From assembly GCA_035084275.1 (NCBI GenBank), contig CM068770.1, positions 2,604,001-2,668,000 on the forward strand: a stretch of DNA of 64,000 nucleotides, written 5' to 3'. The position numbers were made by a program, and so were the translations under genes. The stretch comes from Hydrolagus colliei. Lineage: Eukaryota. Positions 49,497 to 63,512 of the stretch are shown here, one piece after another. A model generated the notes under the pieces. That model saw nothing but the letters and a program-made list of their open reading frames with translations. It made no database searches and was not told the DNA's origin. The number at the start of each line of letters is the position of its first letter. Position 1 is the stretch's first letter.

Positions 49497-50450
49497 GCCG
49501 GAGCGCTGGGTGCCTTGCACGTGGAAAGAGATGAAATCTGACAGCTCGTTAGTAACAACCCTCGCCTCCCCCCCGCCCACTCCCCCTTCCCTCCCTCCCT
49601 GCTTAGGTTCTGAGATTCGAGGGGTTGTGCAGCCATAGGCAAATGGAGAAAGTGCACTAACTTGACCCAAATAGGTCAACCAAGTAGAGACCTGTTTGCC
49701 GTATTCGACGACAGCAAATACCACTGTATATCCTGTTTCTTTTGCCAGATAGTTATCTACCTCGGATGTTATTGCCTGCAACGTTGCCTTTCAGAAGTTA
49801 GGCTAAATCTACACTGTAAGTGTTCCCTTTGATGCTGCTGTGCCAGGTGGTGTGGTGATTAACCCTCGACGATTGCAGATTGCGAAGACGGCAAATTTTG
49901 TAGTAATTGTAATTTAATATAATTGAGAGGTCCTGCCTTTTTTTTTGGTGTGTCTGTAATAGTCTTGTTCTAGATCAGTCTCGTACCACAGTGTGTATAT
50001 TTTATGGAAGATTTTAAAACTAAGTCGAATGAGATGTAGCATTCCATACTGTACATAGAGAACCTGAGGTATCATATACCTTCAATGAAGGAGTGTAGTT
50101 ATTCTTAGCTTCCTTTAAAGCTATTTATTTTTGTACAATTTGTACCTTTTAATGACATTGTACTTCAGATTGTTTTAGATGCTGCTGTGTTGCAAACGGA
50201 GCGACTTTTTTTCCTTTTATATATTAGATGCTTAACTTGGTTGTGCAACAGATCGGTCATCGACTCCCACTCACTCGACAAACAGTGGAAACTCGCAGAT
50301 GCATTGGAAATAAATCGACTTTAATTTTATTCAAAACATTGTACAATTATGGTTAAGTATGAACTTTGCCACTTTAGTTAAATAATGCAGAATTTGCTGT
50401 GACAACAGCCCTGTGTAAACCTGCACAATAAATCATGGATTATAGCTCAT
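49497..50450 (+). other. Probable ADAMTS8 3' UTR with polyadenylation signals
   Basis: Repeat-free AT-rich segment after the stop. AATAAA at 50309-50314 and 50427-50432, TGTACATA (Pumilio-type) at about 50050, and U-rich TATTTATTT. Confidence 0.6.
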
Positions 50451-50734
50451 ACTTTACTCACTGTTACTTCTTTCTCTATCCCCCAACCCCTCCCACCCCC
50501 ACTCCCATCCCTGGTCATTCTTCCCCTCTTTTCTCCTCCCAATGCTTCTTCTCTAACAGCTCCTTTGAGTCTGTATTCCTTCCACCTTGTTTGTGTTAAA
50601 GAGAGATTGAAACATTTAGTTTTCTGTGGTTCCCCCTCAATTGAGATCAGCAAAACTCAGAAGCAAGTGGGATTCAAACCACCCTTGTGTCCTTATTCTA
50701 TAGTTCTATCCACTCCTCCACTGGATCAACAACA

Positions 50735-51105
50735 AGAACAACAAAATTACATTTGTAGAGCGCCTTTCACACCGAGAGAAAGTCCCAAGGGGCTGGACAG
50801 TCAGTGTTTCAGATGTGAGCTGGGATTGGGATCGTGGAGGGAGGGGAAGGGGGGGTGAGGCACCGTCGAAGAGGAGGTTCTTGAGACACGACTTTAAGGA
50901 GGGGGCGAGGAGGACGGACTGGAGGATAGAATTCAAAATGCTGGGGGCAGAGTAACTGCAGGCTCGCCCGCCAATGGTGGGTTGGGGGACATGGAGCAGG
51001 CCTGAGCCTGCTGAGTTGAGTGAGTGGACAGGTTGGTAGAGGGATTAGTAGGTTGCAGAGATAGAGTGAGGCAAGGCCATGGAGGGCTTTAAAGGTGAGG
51101 ACTCT
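50735..51105 (-). mobile_element. L2 LINE 3' fragment
   Basis: Reverse complement resembles the 24078-24530 element and ends in a (GTT)n-type tail. Confidence 0.65.
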
Positions 51106-52284
51106 AAAAGATCAGCCCTATATAGATAGGCTTAGTGTTATCCCTCTCCTTACATGACATGAGACTATCAATGCAATTCTCGTATCGGATTTCAGCATTG
51201 ATATCAACAGGAATATTTCTGTGTCCACAAAACCCAAAGCTGGAAAGGCGCGATGAGTTTACAGGAAAATCCAGCCCTTCCATTGAAAACAATTCTTTAA
51301 AGATTAAGCACAAGTTTGCTACTTGTAATCATGGCAGCAGAATGGTACAGACAATCAAGTTCTGTACATGTTCTTAGTTCTCCTATATTCCCTCTTGACT
51401 CTTTTCTCATTGTCTCTCTGTGTGACTTGACTCCAGGTTTGTGTTGATAGCTTCGTTACGGCTCCCAGTGTTGACAGAAATGGTTACTTGAAACCACGCT
51501 GAGGTCATTTCGTTCCACAATATATAGGAATACCGACATTCTGAGGGGGTGGTGGGGGAAATATAGGTCAACGCAAGTCCTGAAATAAAACGTTCGATGA
51601 GTTGGCAATTGTGACGTCTTCATTTTGACACTTTTGATTTCAATCATTTGCCCTGGGGGCAAATTAAAATCCCCTATTCAATATGAACGTCTGATTAAAT
51701 TATTCTGGTGAACACATTACCTGACTCTAATGGAATTCACCTCAAAAACGTATTATAAATAATTTTTACATTTGGTACAGTGCTTTTATCAGGTCAGCGA
51801 AACTGTGGTTATCAGAAGAAACTGTGGTTAGAGCACGCAAGCGAGAGACCTGGGTTTGATTCCCCAGCAAGACTTCTTACTCCACACACACATACACACA
51901 CACATTCTCACTTCACGGTGTATTCTGTGAAGCGCTTTGAGATGTCTATAAGACGTGAAACGCGCTAAATCAAATGCAAGTGTTATTATGTATTTATTAT
52001 AAACTCACTTCTCTTTTCAAGTAGCGCTGTGGGATCTGTAATATCCATCTGAACAGGATGGAAACTTGGATTATCCTCTCAGCATTGGAAGGTGTGTCGC
52101 AGATCAAGATGTTAGTAATAAGGGAACTTAAGAGAATTAGATGCTGAAGGAAAAAGTAGGTAGATCTTTTACATGAAGGGTTATAGTCCTATCATCACAG
52201 GGCTGTTCAGTTGCATCCATAAGCATTTATTTCAGTGCAGCAGATTGCCTACAAAACACACGCTTCAGTGCTTTGGGATGTCTT

Positions 52285-52680
52285 CCAGATCCTCATGCTT
52301 GGGTTCAAATCCCTCCACTCCTCCGCATCCCCCCCCCACCTCTCTGACATCCTCTCCCCTCACAACAGTACCTGTTGCCTTCGCTCCACCGGGTGTGACC
52401 TCCTCCTTGTCCCCCGAATCCTCCGTTCCATCATCGTACTTTCAGCCACCACGCCCCGAGGCTCTGGAACTCCCTCACTCCCTTCGCCTCACTCCCTTCT
52501 CCTCGCCCCCTACTTTCCTACGTTCAGGTCTTGGCTAAAGACTGTTCTTTTCAACTGCGCTTTCGGTCACCTTCTTTCCCCCTCTGCAAATGACTATAAA
52601 TCCAAGTTGGTGTTGAATAGCTCTCTGGGATGTTACCGCACGTGACGAGCGCTTACTAGTGAATGCAAGTTGTTCTTGTT
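52285..52680 (+). mobile_element. L2 LINE 3' fragment
   Basis: Degenerate L2-like end (ILMLGFKSLH..., LKTVLF) with tail aatgcaagttgtt. Confidence 0.6.
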
Positions 52681-53119
52681 AGGGTAGAGGACTCCATGAA
52701 GAAAACTTACACTTACAGCTCATGCACGATGGGCCAATTGGCATCCTTCTTTGGTTCAAACATTTTACAACAAAAGTGAAAGAGAAATTGATGCACGGGA
52801 ACTCAAACAGCTGAACTTCAGCAAAGAAATGCAAATATTGCTCAATCTTTCAAATACTTTTCAAAAGCTGGGCCACACAAAATATGCACTAATGGAAGCA
52901 GATAGGACAAATTGACCTTTGCTGGCTAGAGTGTGACTAACAGGGGTTACATTATGATTTATGGAGCTATTTCATCTCCTTTAAAACTAACAGAATGCAT
53001 TACAAGGAATTGGCAGAACTAGACAAATTATTGAGCAACTGTTCTCATAGAAACTAATTGTAAAAGAGACTCTTTTTTTTCCCCCCCCAGGGGTTTCAAA
53101 ACATGCTAGAAACTTACAT

Positions 53120-53520
53120 AATAATTTGCCTGGCGAAAGACGATCAAGGTCCGTCTAGTTTGCCTTCTACCGTCCTGGAAGTCGCTTGACATATCATGTC
53201 CCAAGCTATATCTTGTATTCCATAGATATTATTTTCTAGCAGAAAGCTATCTAATTTGTTCTTGAAACAAACAACACTTTTTTGCTTCCACCGTTTCCCT
53301 AAGGTGCGTGTTCATTAGGTTGACTACTCGCTCACTGAAGTAGCGTTTCTGCAGAATTTACCCTCTCTTTCAATCGTAGGCCGTGTCCTCTGGTTCTCCT
53401 ATTCAGTACAGCGTATCTGTCATGGTTGAGATAGTCTTGTCCTTTCAAATCTTAAAGCCCGTAATCGTATTCCTCCTCAAACTTCTCTTTTCCAATGTGA
53501 ACATGCCCAGTCTGCTTGTG
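53120..53520 (-). mobile_element. Old degenerate CR1-like LINE 3' fragment
   Basis: ggtccgtctagtttgccttc, ctatctaatttgttcttgaa, gcttccacc and tgtcctctggttct resemble a reverse-oriented CR1 3' end. Confidence 0.45.
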
Positions 53521-55564
53521 ATAAGGCAAGTGATAGAACATTTTGTGGGCAATACTTTTCACCCCCTCCCCTACACTTACCAGTGTCTGTAGGCTTGGGT
53601 TACTCTTGTGGGTTTATATTGAAACTCTTGTGGGTTTACGGAATTCAGTGCGTCCAGTTTACTGAAGTGCAATAAACAGTGGTTGAGTCAAACTGCAAGT
53701 ACTGTATTCAAAGTGAATGGTCACTCAATCCACAACTCTTTATGAGACACTGCTGTGCACAATCGGCTGCTGCGTTTCTCCCATCAACTATATAGTCAAT
53801 TCACTTAACAGTATATTCTGTGAAGATCTTTAAGACATCTCGAAGATGTGATAAGGGTATATCAAATACAAAGACTATTATTTTAACTCACTGTATATTG
53901 GTGCTTTGAATTCTACAGTAGGCCGATACCACAAACCTTTTCTCCTTATATCTTGGGAGTGTTATCGATCTGAGACGCCATCCGGTGTGGAGGGCACTAT
54001 ATAAATCAAAGTTGTTGTTGATGTTGATCAATAAACATCCTGGAATGGAAGAGGTTAAATTCGTATCAGCCTATCAGTATAAAAAGCATTCAGGATTGCA
54101 ACAGACTCATTGACTCATTTTGCTAACTGTTCATTAATTGTTCATCCAATACCCCTTGAGACATCCCCCAACATGAAAGGTGCTATACAAACATAATTTT
54201 GTTGTTGTTGTCCCGCAACTTAATCTCACCTAGAATCACAGAATTTTCGCTGCGCAGACATAGACCATTCAACCTTTCTTACACAGAAAGCTCTGTGTAA
54301 GAGCTTTCTGTGGAATTCCAATCCCCCGCCTTTTCGTCGCGCCCTTTAATGCCCATCGTTTTCGGATGTCAGTTTGCTTTTGCAAGTGAATCCAATACAA
54401 TTCTCTGAGATTTAATGGAGTCTCTTGAAAACAGCACACTCTTCTGGTAATGTCCGACTTGGGAAAAGTGAAACCTGAAATGTGTGCTATTGCTTTCCTC
54501 CGTGCAGAATCCTAAAAATCCCTCTTGAGACAAAGACAATCTGTACATTGGGCCAGCCTGTCTGTGCTAAGTGTAAGAGAAGTTGACTTGGTGACTGAAA
54601 TTGCTCAATGTCATTCGGTGTCAGAGTGGTAACACTCTTGCCTCTGAGTCAGAAGGCTAAAGGTTTTGAGCTAATAGTCTAAAAGCTCCTTTGATTGAGA
54701 CATTCAACCAAGGGACATCCTCCTGATTTGAAAGGAGCTTTGCAAATGTAATTATGTTGTGGTTGTTTTGACCCGGTGTTCTGGTGAACAATGCTCCAAA
54801 TAAGTTAACCGTTCACTTCAACTTCAAGGCTGTGTCTTAGAACTTGCTGTCCACTAATGTCCAATCATGCAGTCAATATATACACAGATGCAGTACGCAG
54901 TCAATACCCTTGAGTCTTAAGTCCTGACATGACATTTGCCAATGTTGCTGAATGCTTCTCGGTTGGATGTCCAGTAGTATGTCTGGATAAACGGCTTATT
55001 TTCGATTACCTTCACTGAGCCCCCCTCGGTAACGGTTTCCGAATTGCCCCCTGAGGCACAGTAACTGAACCCGCGCAAGTTATTCCATTTCCCAAACCTA
55101 CCATTATTGAGTGTGACCTTTAGACCAAACCAAAAAAGTGGGTTGCAAGGTAGTTAGATCAAACCATCTTCGTTCAAGTTGCGACATCGGAAGTGTCAGC
55201 GCTGTGGGCTGCTTTCGAATCCAAAATGCAAAAGCGATGTTTAGATCTGCTCAGTGTCTCGTGCATGTTGCATTCTAGCTGTCAAACTTTGAAAAGCACT
55301 TTAATGTTTTACATGGAACCGCTTGGAAGCTCTGTGTAATCATTACATTTACGAGTTTTGCTTAAACATTTATGCCGTAATGTACTTGTTATTGAACAGA
55401 ACATATGGCCAAGACCCAGTTATTTCTGGCAATGCTGAGCTGAAAGAGTTCTGCCAGTCAGCTGTAATGTAGTATCTTGTGCACACGTGGCAACAAGGTC
55501 CTCAGGATTTGACACAAGTACACAGAGAAAAATCTTTCAGTATAATTTCAGGGTGTTGCTCTTC

Positions 55565-55860
55565 TAACTCTTGTCACCTCTTTACAAGCGAGAAACCTGT
55601 GTTCGAATCCAGGCAGCTCACGGCGAAATCTTGGGCAAGTTTCCTTATTCCACACGCCTAATAATAATTCCTCAAAAAACCCAATAATAAATTGGTCATT
55701 TCAATCCACGACCGTGTGTGGGACACTGCTGTGCGCAATTGGCTGCCGCGTTTCGCCCACAAGTAAACAGTCAATTCACTTTACAGCATATTCTGTGAAG
55801 CGCTTTGAGACGACTCGAAGATGTGAAAAGCGCTGTATCAAATTATTATTATTATTATTG
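55565..55860 (+). mobile_element. Near full-length SINE
   Basis: B box GTTCGAATCC, core and (att)n tail. Confidence 0.8.
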
Positions 55861-56939
55861 TTTTTACAAGTTCTGTATAAATGGCGCTGTACAAATGCAG
55901 TTTGTTGTCCTGTGTGAGCAGGTTGGCAGGTGAGGTGGTTCTAAACGTTTTAAAGTGTTTCAATTGTGCAAGCCTGCTTCCGCAGTTCAATTGTGAGGTG
56001 ATTTCCATTTTGTGTGGGCATTCCCTAGGTATTTATCACCTGACTTTATTTGCATAGTCATCTGTACTAAGTCGATGTGTTGAGATGATGTAGAAAGAAA
56101 GCTCCAACTCCTTTAGTTATTTTTCAAACAAGTCCATCAAATCTTGCAGGCAAGGTTATAGTATTCACTGATTTCAAACACTTTAACCTTGCTTACGATA
56201 AGAACATATAAGAAATACTGGACGGTCCATCTAGTTCGCCTTCCACCTGTGCATGTGTCCTGTTGTACTACATCCGACAAATATAGAACCGAGAATAATA
56301 TTTGTATTTGATATAAAGCTTTTCAGATCAGGAAGGTGTCTCAAAGCACCTCAACAGATTTTACTGCCTGTGTATTGTGCAGGCAAACGCGGCGGCCAGT
56401 TTGTACACACGGACAGCCCACAAATATCCCTGAAGCGCAATACAAAGTTCAACGTGAAACTGATTCTGCGATCCACTTCAGATCTCATTTGGCGACTTCC
56501 ATTAGCTTGTTTCGTTTCTCTTCTCGTTTCTCTTCTCCTTCTTTTACGAAGATCGGTGGAATCTGTACTCCAGGTGCGGATGTCCCGAACGACCTAATAA
56601 TGTTATTTCCTAAAAGAAAACTATCCATAACAATTCTTTTTTTGTGGTGGGGGAGGTGCCAACCTATAGAATTACAACCCACTTTACAACTCCGTAACTT
56701 CTTGCAAATAGTTCCCCCAAACTCTCCATCCCTCCATCCTGCGAAGCGGTTTGAGGCGTCTCGACGATGTCGCGCTATAATCACTGGGTGAGAATTATTG
56801 CTGTTGTTAATTGCTATTATTCATTGAACCGTTAACGATTATTATCTGAGCCTAATTGCCACTGAATAGTGAGCCCACACCCCCCACCTCTCGCCCCTGT
56901 AGCCCCTCCTCTCTAACTATAGCTCCTCCCATCTCATTG

Positions 56940-57138
56940 TGGCCCCTCCCCCAGTCTAGCCCTGGCCCCTCCCCCCCCAGTCTAGCCCAGACCCGTCCCC
57001 CCAGTCTAGCCCTGGCCCCTCCCCCTCAGTGCAGCCCTGGCCCCTCCCCCTCATCAAGGCCCTTCTCTAGTCTAGCCCAGACTCCTCCCCAGGCTAGCCC
57101 TGGCCCCTCCCCCCAGCCTAACACTAGCCCCTCCCCCC
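56940..57138 (+). repeat. C-rich minisatellite (ccagtctagccctggcccctcccc)n
   Basis: About 7-8 imperfect 22-30-bp units immediately upstream of the candidate ZBTB44 promoter. Confidence 0.8.
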
Positions 57139-57139
57139 G

Positions 57140-57302
57140 CGGGGTTGAGTGACAGTTGGCGGGTGTGGGCGTGGTGGCTGCCGGGAACAAAACAAACGGC
57201 CGTTGAGGGCTGTGGAGACGGCGGCCAGAGCGGGAGAGAGAGAGAGAGACACACATACACAGGGAGACACAGAGGGTGAAAGAGGGAGAAGCTCCAGCTA
57301 CG
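57140..57302 (+). promoter_or_regulatory. Candidate ZBTB44 promoter and non-coding first exon
   Basis: GC/CpG-rich patch with PBX-PREP/MEIS decamer TGAGTGACAG (57146-57155) and KLF/SP boxes (GGGTGTGGGCGTGG). Ends at donor-like ACG|GTGAGA (57302/57303). The coding exon has an acceptor 40 nt before the ATG, so an upstream exon is expected. Confidence 0.5.
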
Positions 57303-57834
57303 GTGAGAGACTACCCTCACACACACACACCCTTACACACCGTGAGGGGGGGGAGGGACACACACACACCACCCAGGGGAGAGGGAGGGAGGGAGGGAGG
57401 CCTGAGCGGGAGGCAGACCCTCACCCCCACTGATGAGGGAGGGGAGAGTGTGTGTGTGTGAGACCCTCTCTACCCTCCCCACCTCCCCACCCCTCCCTCA
57501 CCTCAACTCGAGCGGGCCCCAAACTGCCGTAAACAGAACTCCCCCCCCCCCCCCCCCACCCTCCCTCTCTCTCCCTCTTCCCCCCCCCCCCCCCCCCCAC
57601 CCTCTCTCTCCCTCTCCCCCCACCCACCCCCCCTAAAGGACGATCTGGGTCCTCACGTCTCTGCCCTCCCCCCCCCACGGGGCTGGCTTGTCTGGCTGCA
57701 CACAGCGAGGCCGCGGCGTGTGGTGTGTGCGGAGGGAGGCCCTGTGTGTGTGTGGGGGGGGGGGGGGGGGGGCGGCTCACACGTACGTAGCCAACAGGTA
57801 TAGATATAATACAATATAGTGTATAATATACAGA

Positions 57835-58305
57835 CGTGTTTCTGTATGTGTGTATATGTTTGCGTGTGTGTACAAGTGTCTGTGTGTGGACATGCGTGTG
57901 TGTGTGTTTACATGTGTCTGTGTGTGTACCTGTGTGTGTGTACCTGTATCTCTGTGTGTGTATATGCCTGTGTGTGTGTCTATGTGTATGCCTGTGTGTA
58001 TCTGTGTGTGTACCTGTGTCTCTGTGTGTGTGTATATGTCTGTGTGTGTACCTGTGTCTCTGTGTGTATGTCTGTGTGTGTACCTGTATCTGTCTGTGTG
58101 TGTACATGCGTCTATATGTTGACGTGTGTGTGTTTGTATGGATGTGTATTGGTCAGTGGACATGCGTACATGGGCTGCATGTGTACATGGTCTGTGCGTG
58201 CGTGTACATGTGTGTTTGTGTACATCTGCTTTGTGTGTACATGTGTTGTGTGTATGTGCATTTTGCACTATATACACACACACACGCAAGTGTATGCGTG
58301 TCTGT
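57835..58305 (+). repeat. Degenerate (TG)n low-complexity tract
   Basis: Direct reading. Similar tracts at 20915-21180 and 30290-30590. Confidence 0.9.
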
Positions 58306-61300
58306 ATATAATAATGATAATCTTTGCATTTGATAGAGCGCTTTCCATGTCTTCTGAACGTCTCAAAGCGCTTCACAGAATATACTGTGAAGTGAATTGA
58401 CTGTGTATTTGTGGGCGAAACGCAGCAGCCACTTGCGCACACCGGCGTCCCCCACAAACCGTCGTGGGTTGAAATGACCAATATTTTTAGGGATTGTCAT
58501 TAGGCGTGTACATGTGTACCTGTGTGCGTATGCGTGTGCGTTAGCACTTTGCAACCTGCTCCCGACATGAAAGGTGCCATACAAATGTAATTTGGGTTGT
58601 TGTTGCGTATGCGTGTGTGCGTGCGTGCGACTGTATGATTGTCTTAGAGAGTCTTACATGGCCCTCCCCGGCAGTCACCCTAAGCAAGCCTCGACTAAGG
58701 CTAATTCTCCAGCCCCTCTTGAAGGGGAAACCGGACTGCCCTTTACCCCCCATGAACTCCCATCCCAGAGTCCACCTGTCTCAAACGCTCCCTCACCTCA
58801 TCAAGGCCCATCTTAAGACTCTCTTATTTGACCGTGCCTTGGGTCATCCGTTTCGCCCACATATATATACAGTCAGTTCGCTGAATAGTATATTCTGTGA
58901 CGCGTAAGACGTCTAGCAGATGTGAAAAACTCTATATCAAATGCAAGGATTATAAGGCTTATTATTATTCTCTACACCTCTTGATTCAAAACCCCTCAAC
59001 TCAGGTGCAACTGAATGTCCAATGCTCTGGGGTGTTCTCCCCACGTGAAAGATGCTGTATATATACACACAGTATATACATATGTAGTTATATATATATA
59101 TATGCAGTTGTTGTTTATATTGATCGAGGCAACCGTTTGTTTTGCAGTTAACTGCATATCACCATTGGTCTGAAAACATGCCAGTTTTCTTTCACGCCCA
59201 CTTTCACGTTTTAACCATTGGCTATGATAAGAGAATTTAGCCTTTTATGTTGTGTATGAATTGGGATTGTTGACCTTTTTTAAAAAAAAAGCATGAATTA
59301 TCAATGTAGTAAACAAATAGTCATGATAGTAGAGTTGGAGAACAGCCTAGTGTATATTTCTGGCAGGATTGCAGTTGAAAGGGTTGTTGACTTCAATAAC
59401 GCGCTGCCAACTTTTGACCTGTTTCACATGCATTGTAAATAGTGAAAATAATGGACCCTGCCATTGGTATTTCACACTAGGAGAATGTCCCAAAGTGATA
59501 TGAACAGGTTTAATTGTAAAGTGTACTGACTGTTTTTATAAGCAAAGCCAAATACATGATGGGACAGCCTCCCAATGTGAAAGTTGCTTTACAAATGCAA
59601 TTTTGTTGTATCTAAATGCTTCACACTACTTTGAAGTGTACAATATACTGATTGTATATACGATGCAGATTCATTAGAAGCATTCATGCCTATTTACTTA
59701 GATAACTATTTACTCAGATAACTTATGCAAGTGATCTAGTGTGTTAAAGTGAATAAATACACTACAATGCATAATTTCTACTGGCTGATCAATAATTAGC
59801 ACTATTCGAACATCTAGCATTGCATAGAGCAGTATGTATCTACTGTAATAATTATCCAGTTTCATCAGACAGCAGAATTTGAAATAAAACTATATAATAT
59901 ATAACAGTATATTGTTTCATATCAAATCACCTACTAAAAATGACATTGTAACTTTTCTGAAAACATTGATTCTGTTTATTGAAAGCATAGGACGGTTCAG
60001 GGTAAATTGTTTATTATTGCAAAACAAATATTTGAGATTTAGAAGTACAACAATAGGTTGAATATTCAAAGTTTATTTTGAACAGCTCCCTGTCATGGAC
60101 AAGTTTATTTAGTGAGTACCTTGAAATACGCTGGGAAAGTCCCAAATTACAGTTGTATAGCGTCTTTCGCGAGGATGTCCCAAGGCGTTGGTTTTCATTA
60201 GTTTCCGAGTTTCCATTTCTGTCCTGTACTACTAACTAGGGAAGCAATGTGATTGCTGTCAGTGCCAGGTTTAGTTTGGAAAAGAAATGTCAGCCAGGTG
60301 TCCCGATTGTTCCTGGGGATGGACTTCCGCTAAGGAGAGGATGAGGTTTTGTTGCAATCCTCATCCTCTCCAGCTGAATTGCCTGCATACACTTTTCCTG
60401 TCTATAAAGATCACCGATGTTGAATGGGTTAGTTAGAAAGAGCACCCGATGTTAATAGAACTACATTTCAATAGCACAAAATTGGGGGCAATCAAACACC
60501 TCCAGGAAAGCAGGGGAGACATGTAGTAGAAAATCAAAATGTTGACATTTGGACATAAAATTTTTCAGAGAAAATCAAATATTGATTAAAGTTGCACTTG
60601 GAAACGTTCATTTTAGTAATATATTTCTCTCCTACATCAGCAGGCACTTCAACATTCAAATCATGATGCTGTAATATGCATTTTTACATATCCATAACTT
60701 GTTTTACTGCATTTTCTTTTACACAGCCCTGTATTTTTGGATAAATTGCACGCCTCAAAGTGTTTAAATGTATATTTCAGCAAATGTCTCACCAGGAACA
60801 TTGGATTAACAACCAGAAGGTGGGTGATCTCCATTAAAGCTGTTATTAAGAGCGCGTAGTATAAAACTCTAAAGGGCTGAAATGCGTACCGGAATGTAAA
60901 ATGGGAGTTGGGAGAAATTTATTTTCAAAGGGAGTTGTTGGTGCACTTGAAAGCTTTCATTCTGATGTTTTTATGTTTGAATCTCTTTATATTTTGTCAC
61001 TTACCCAAGCTCCACAGTAAACCTTACATAAAATTACTCAAGAGTTATTCAACTGAATAAACTAATGTGTGAAAAAAATATAAATGTACTATATATATAT
61101 ATATATAATTTACTAGAAATAAAGTTTCACCTGGTTTAACAAGTGTATTTATGATTCTGTAATTAAAAGAAGTCAAATAATTTTAAAAGATCAAGATATT
61201 TGCCAGCCATTTACTACATATTGTCAAAGTTAGAAATTGTTCAGGACTTGTTTCTTGTTTAATAATAACCACTGTATGTACATATTCCAATTAGTTGGTT

Positions 61301-61431
61301 TACTCAACTGTATCTTCTAGAAATGAGTCAAAATGAACTGACAACATTGAAATAAATATCTATTGCACATTTTGTTTCCTTTTGGGTTTAGGTTGGTAGA
61401 GTATAATTGAATACGGAACAGGCAACGAATA

Positions 61432-62440
61432 ATGGGTGTGCGATCATTTACACACAATTCTCCAGTCCACGGCCAAGAGTTGCTGGGGAAATTAAACAAA
61501 CTCCGCAATGAAGAACAGTTCTGCGATGTAACTATTCGGGTCCAGGACAAGGTCTTTAGGGCCCACAAAGTAGTTCTTGCTGCGTGCAGCGAGTTCTTCA
61601 GGGCAAAACTCATCACGCAATCAGATGGAGAAGAATGCATCTTGGATTTGAATCATGTTACCGTGAGTGGGTTTTCACCGCTGTTGGAGTATGCGTACAC
61701 CGCGACTCTTGCGATCAACACGGAGAATATTATTGACGTTTTGGCTGCTGCAAGCTATATGCAAATGTTCCACGTCGCAAACACCTGTTCGGAGTTCATG
61801 AAATCCAGCATCCTGTGGAACACAAACAGTAGTCAGCCGGGACCAGTCCCCTTGCTTCCCCCGGAGACCAGTGGAGCTTGCATCATTCAGTCCCACGATG
61901 ACAGTCTATCTCCAGTGTCATCGGACTGCAGCTCTGTGGAAAAAAGCAAGCCCAGAGAATCGCGCAGGAAACGAAAGAACTTCATCATGGTTTCCCCCGA
62001 GAGTCCCACCGAATCTGCAGTGCAGCCGAATCCATCGCAAGCCGTTAATCCCTCTGTAACCTTTTCGGATGCCAGGACCCAACAACCCATAGACTCCTCT
62101 TTGTCGTTTCAATGGACCTACCCTCTGGGCGCTGATCGCCGGACCCAAACAGACAAATCTAAACAGACAGAAGGTGTTAGAGCCTTAGAACAGACTGCAA
62201 GCACAGAGGTGACTGGACGAGTGCCTGAATACACTAATTGCGAGAGTACAAAGACGTCACCCCCAACGATGGAAGACGACGTGCGGATCAAAGTTGAGCG
62301 GTTAAGTGATGATGAAGCTCACGAGGAGGTTTCACAACCTGTCAGTGCTTCCCAGAGCTCCCTGAGTGACCACCAAACTGTACCAGGCAGTGAACAGGCT
62401 CAGGAAGATCTACTGATCAGTCCCCAGTCATCCTCCATCG
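61432..62440 (+). CDS. ZBTB44: ZBTB44 first coding exon (BTB/POZ domain and linker)
   Basis: MGVRSFTHNSPVHGQELLGKLNKLRNEEQFCDVTIRVQDKVFRAHKVVLAACSEFF...RIKVERLSDDE...ISPQSSSIG. Acceptor tttag| at 61391/61392; phase-1 donor G|GTAGGT. Consistent with ADAMTS8/15 synteny. Confidence 0.95.
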
Positions 62441-63512
62441 GTAGGTATCACTGAACCTTTTGATACGCATAACAGATAGGATTAGTTCACCCACTGTGTG
62501 GAATGATGAAACGATAGTGCAATATTTTATAAATTCAATATTAGTTAAAAATTCGACCTGATCACATTTTAACCATTGATTACTCAATGAGCTATTAAGT
62601 GGCAATCAAGAATTAAGGCTCGCGTTTTAATGGTCAATAGTTAATACTTTGTCAGTAGCACTATGTTCTACATAAACATTTTTATGTGTTTTCTTTTAAC
62701 AATGTTGAATGATGCCGCTTTGTTCCACCCCTAGTAGATCTCCAGTTAAGCATATGTGGCCTGTCTGCCTCCAGGATACTTTTGCTGGATATGAAAGAGA
62801 CTCTCTTGTGTTTGTTCGTCAATGTACCTTGAGTTGCTTTTGAAATTGGGTCAAACTGCAGGTGTTTGTAATAGCTGCAGCTGCAATCTGTTCAACCCGG
62901 CCAATATTTTAAATAACGTTTTGTGATTAAAATTTACAAAATGGCGAATCATACACTGTTAATCAGGAATAAGTCTTTAAATCACGTTTTTGAGTATTTA
63001 TATAAACAATGAAATCTTGCAGAAGACAAACGGTGATTAACTACACGGGTCTCATTTGTTTGTTTCCATCAGCTCCTTTAGCAGCTGTAGTATCACATTG
63101 ACTGAATTTACCAATATATCTGTCCAGCATTCTTTTTTTTAACTTTTCCAATCTCAATTTCTTTCTCTCCGCGTCTTGCTACTCTCCCGATTAAAGAGAT
63201 GGCATTGACTAATGCAAGTGCATTGTTATTGCACTTAAAACTGACACCGGTGTAAATCTGCCAGTGAATTTCAGATTGCATTTTACTTTCTTACCTTCTG
63301 TTTAATTTGGATAAATTTGAAACCTGCTGCATTTGACACTGCTGTGAATTGCATATGTACTGACGGAAAAGTTATTAAACTTCAATTGGTATGCACATTG
63401 TAGGAATCGGCTGCTCACACTGCAACATGCATGGTCGGTATGTTGAGGTGTGAACTGTAAAGTAACAAGACTTCCAAAATGTTCCAACATCGTTTCCCTT
63501 TTACCTTAAAAG

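Noticed and set aside
48861-49781. 306-aa antisense ORF
   Set aside because: Antisense shadow of GC3-rich ADAMTS8 exon 8.
56940-57138. Immunoglobulin switch-like GGGCT repeats
   Set aside because: Only about 200 bp long with no immunoglobulin exons nearby.
57421-58481. Long His/Thr- or Cys/Val-rich ORFs (also 20977-21264, 30175-30592, 32601-33458)
   Set aside because: Translations of dinucleotide or CT repeats and N gaps.
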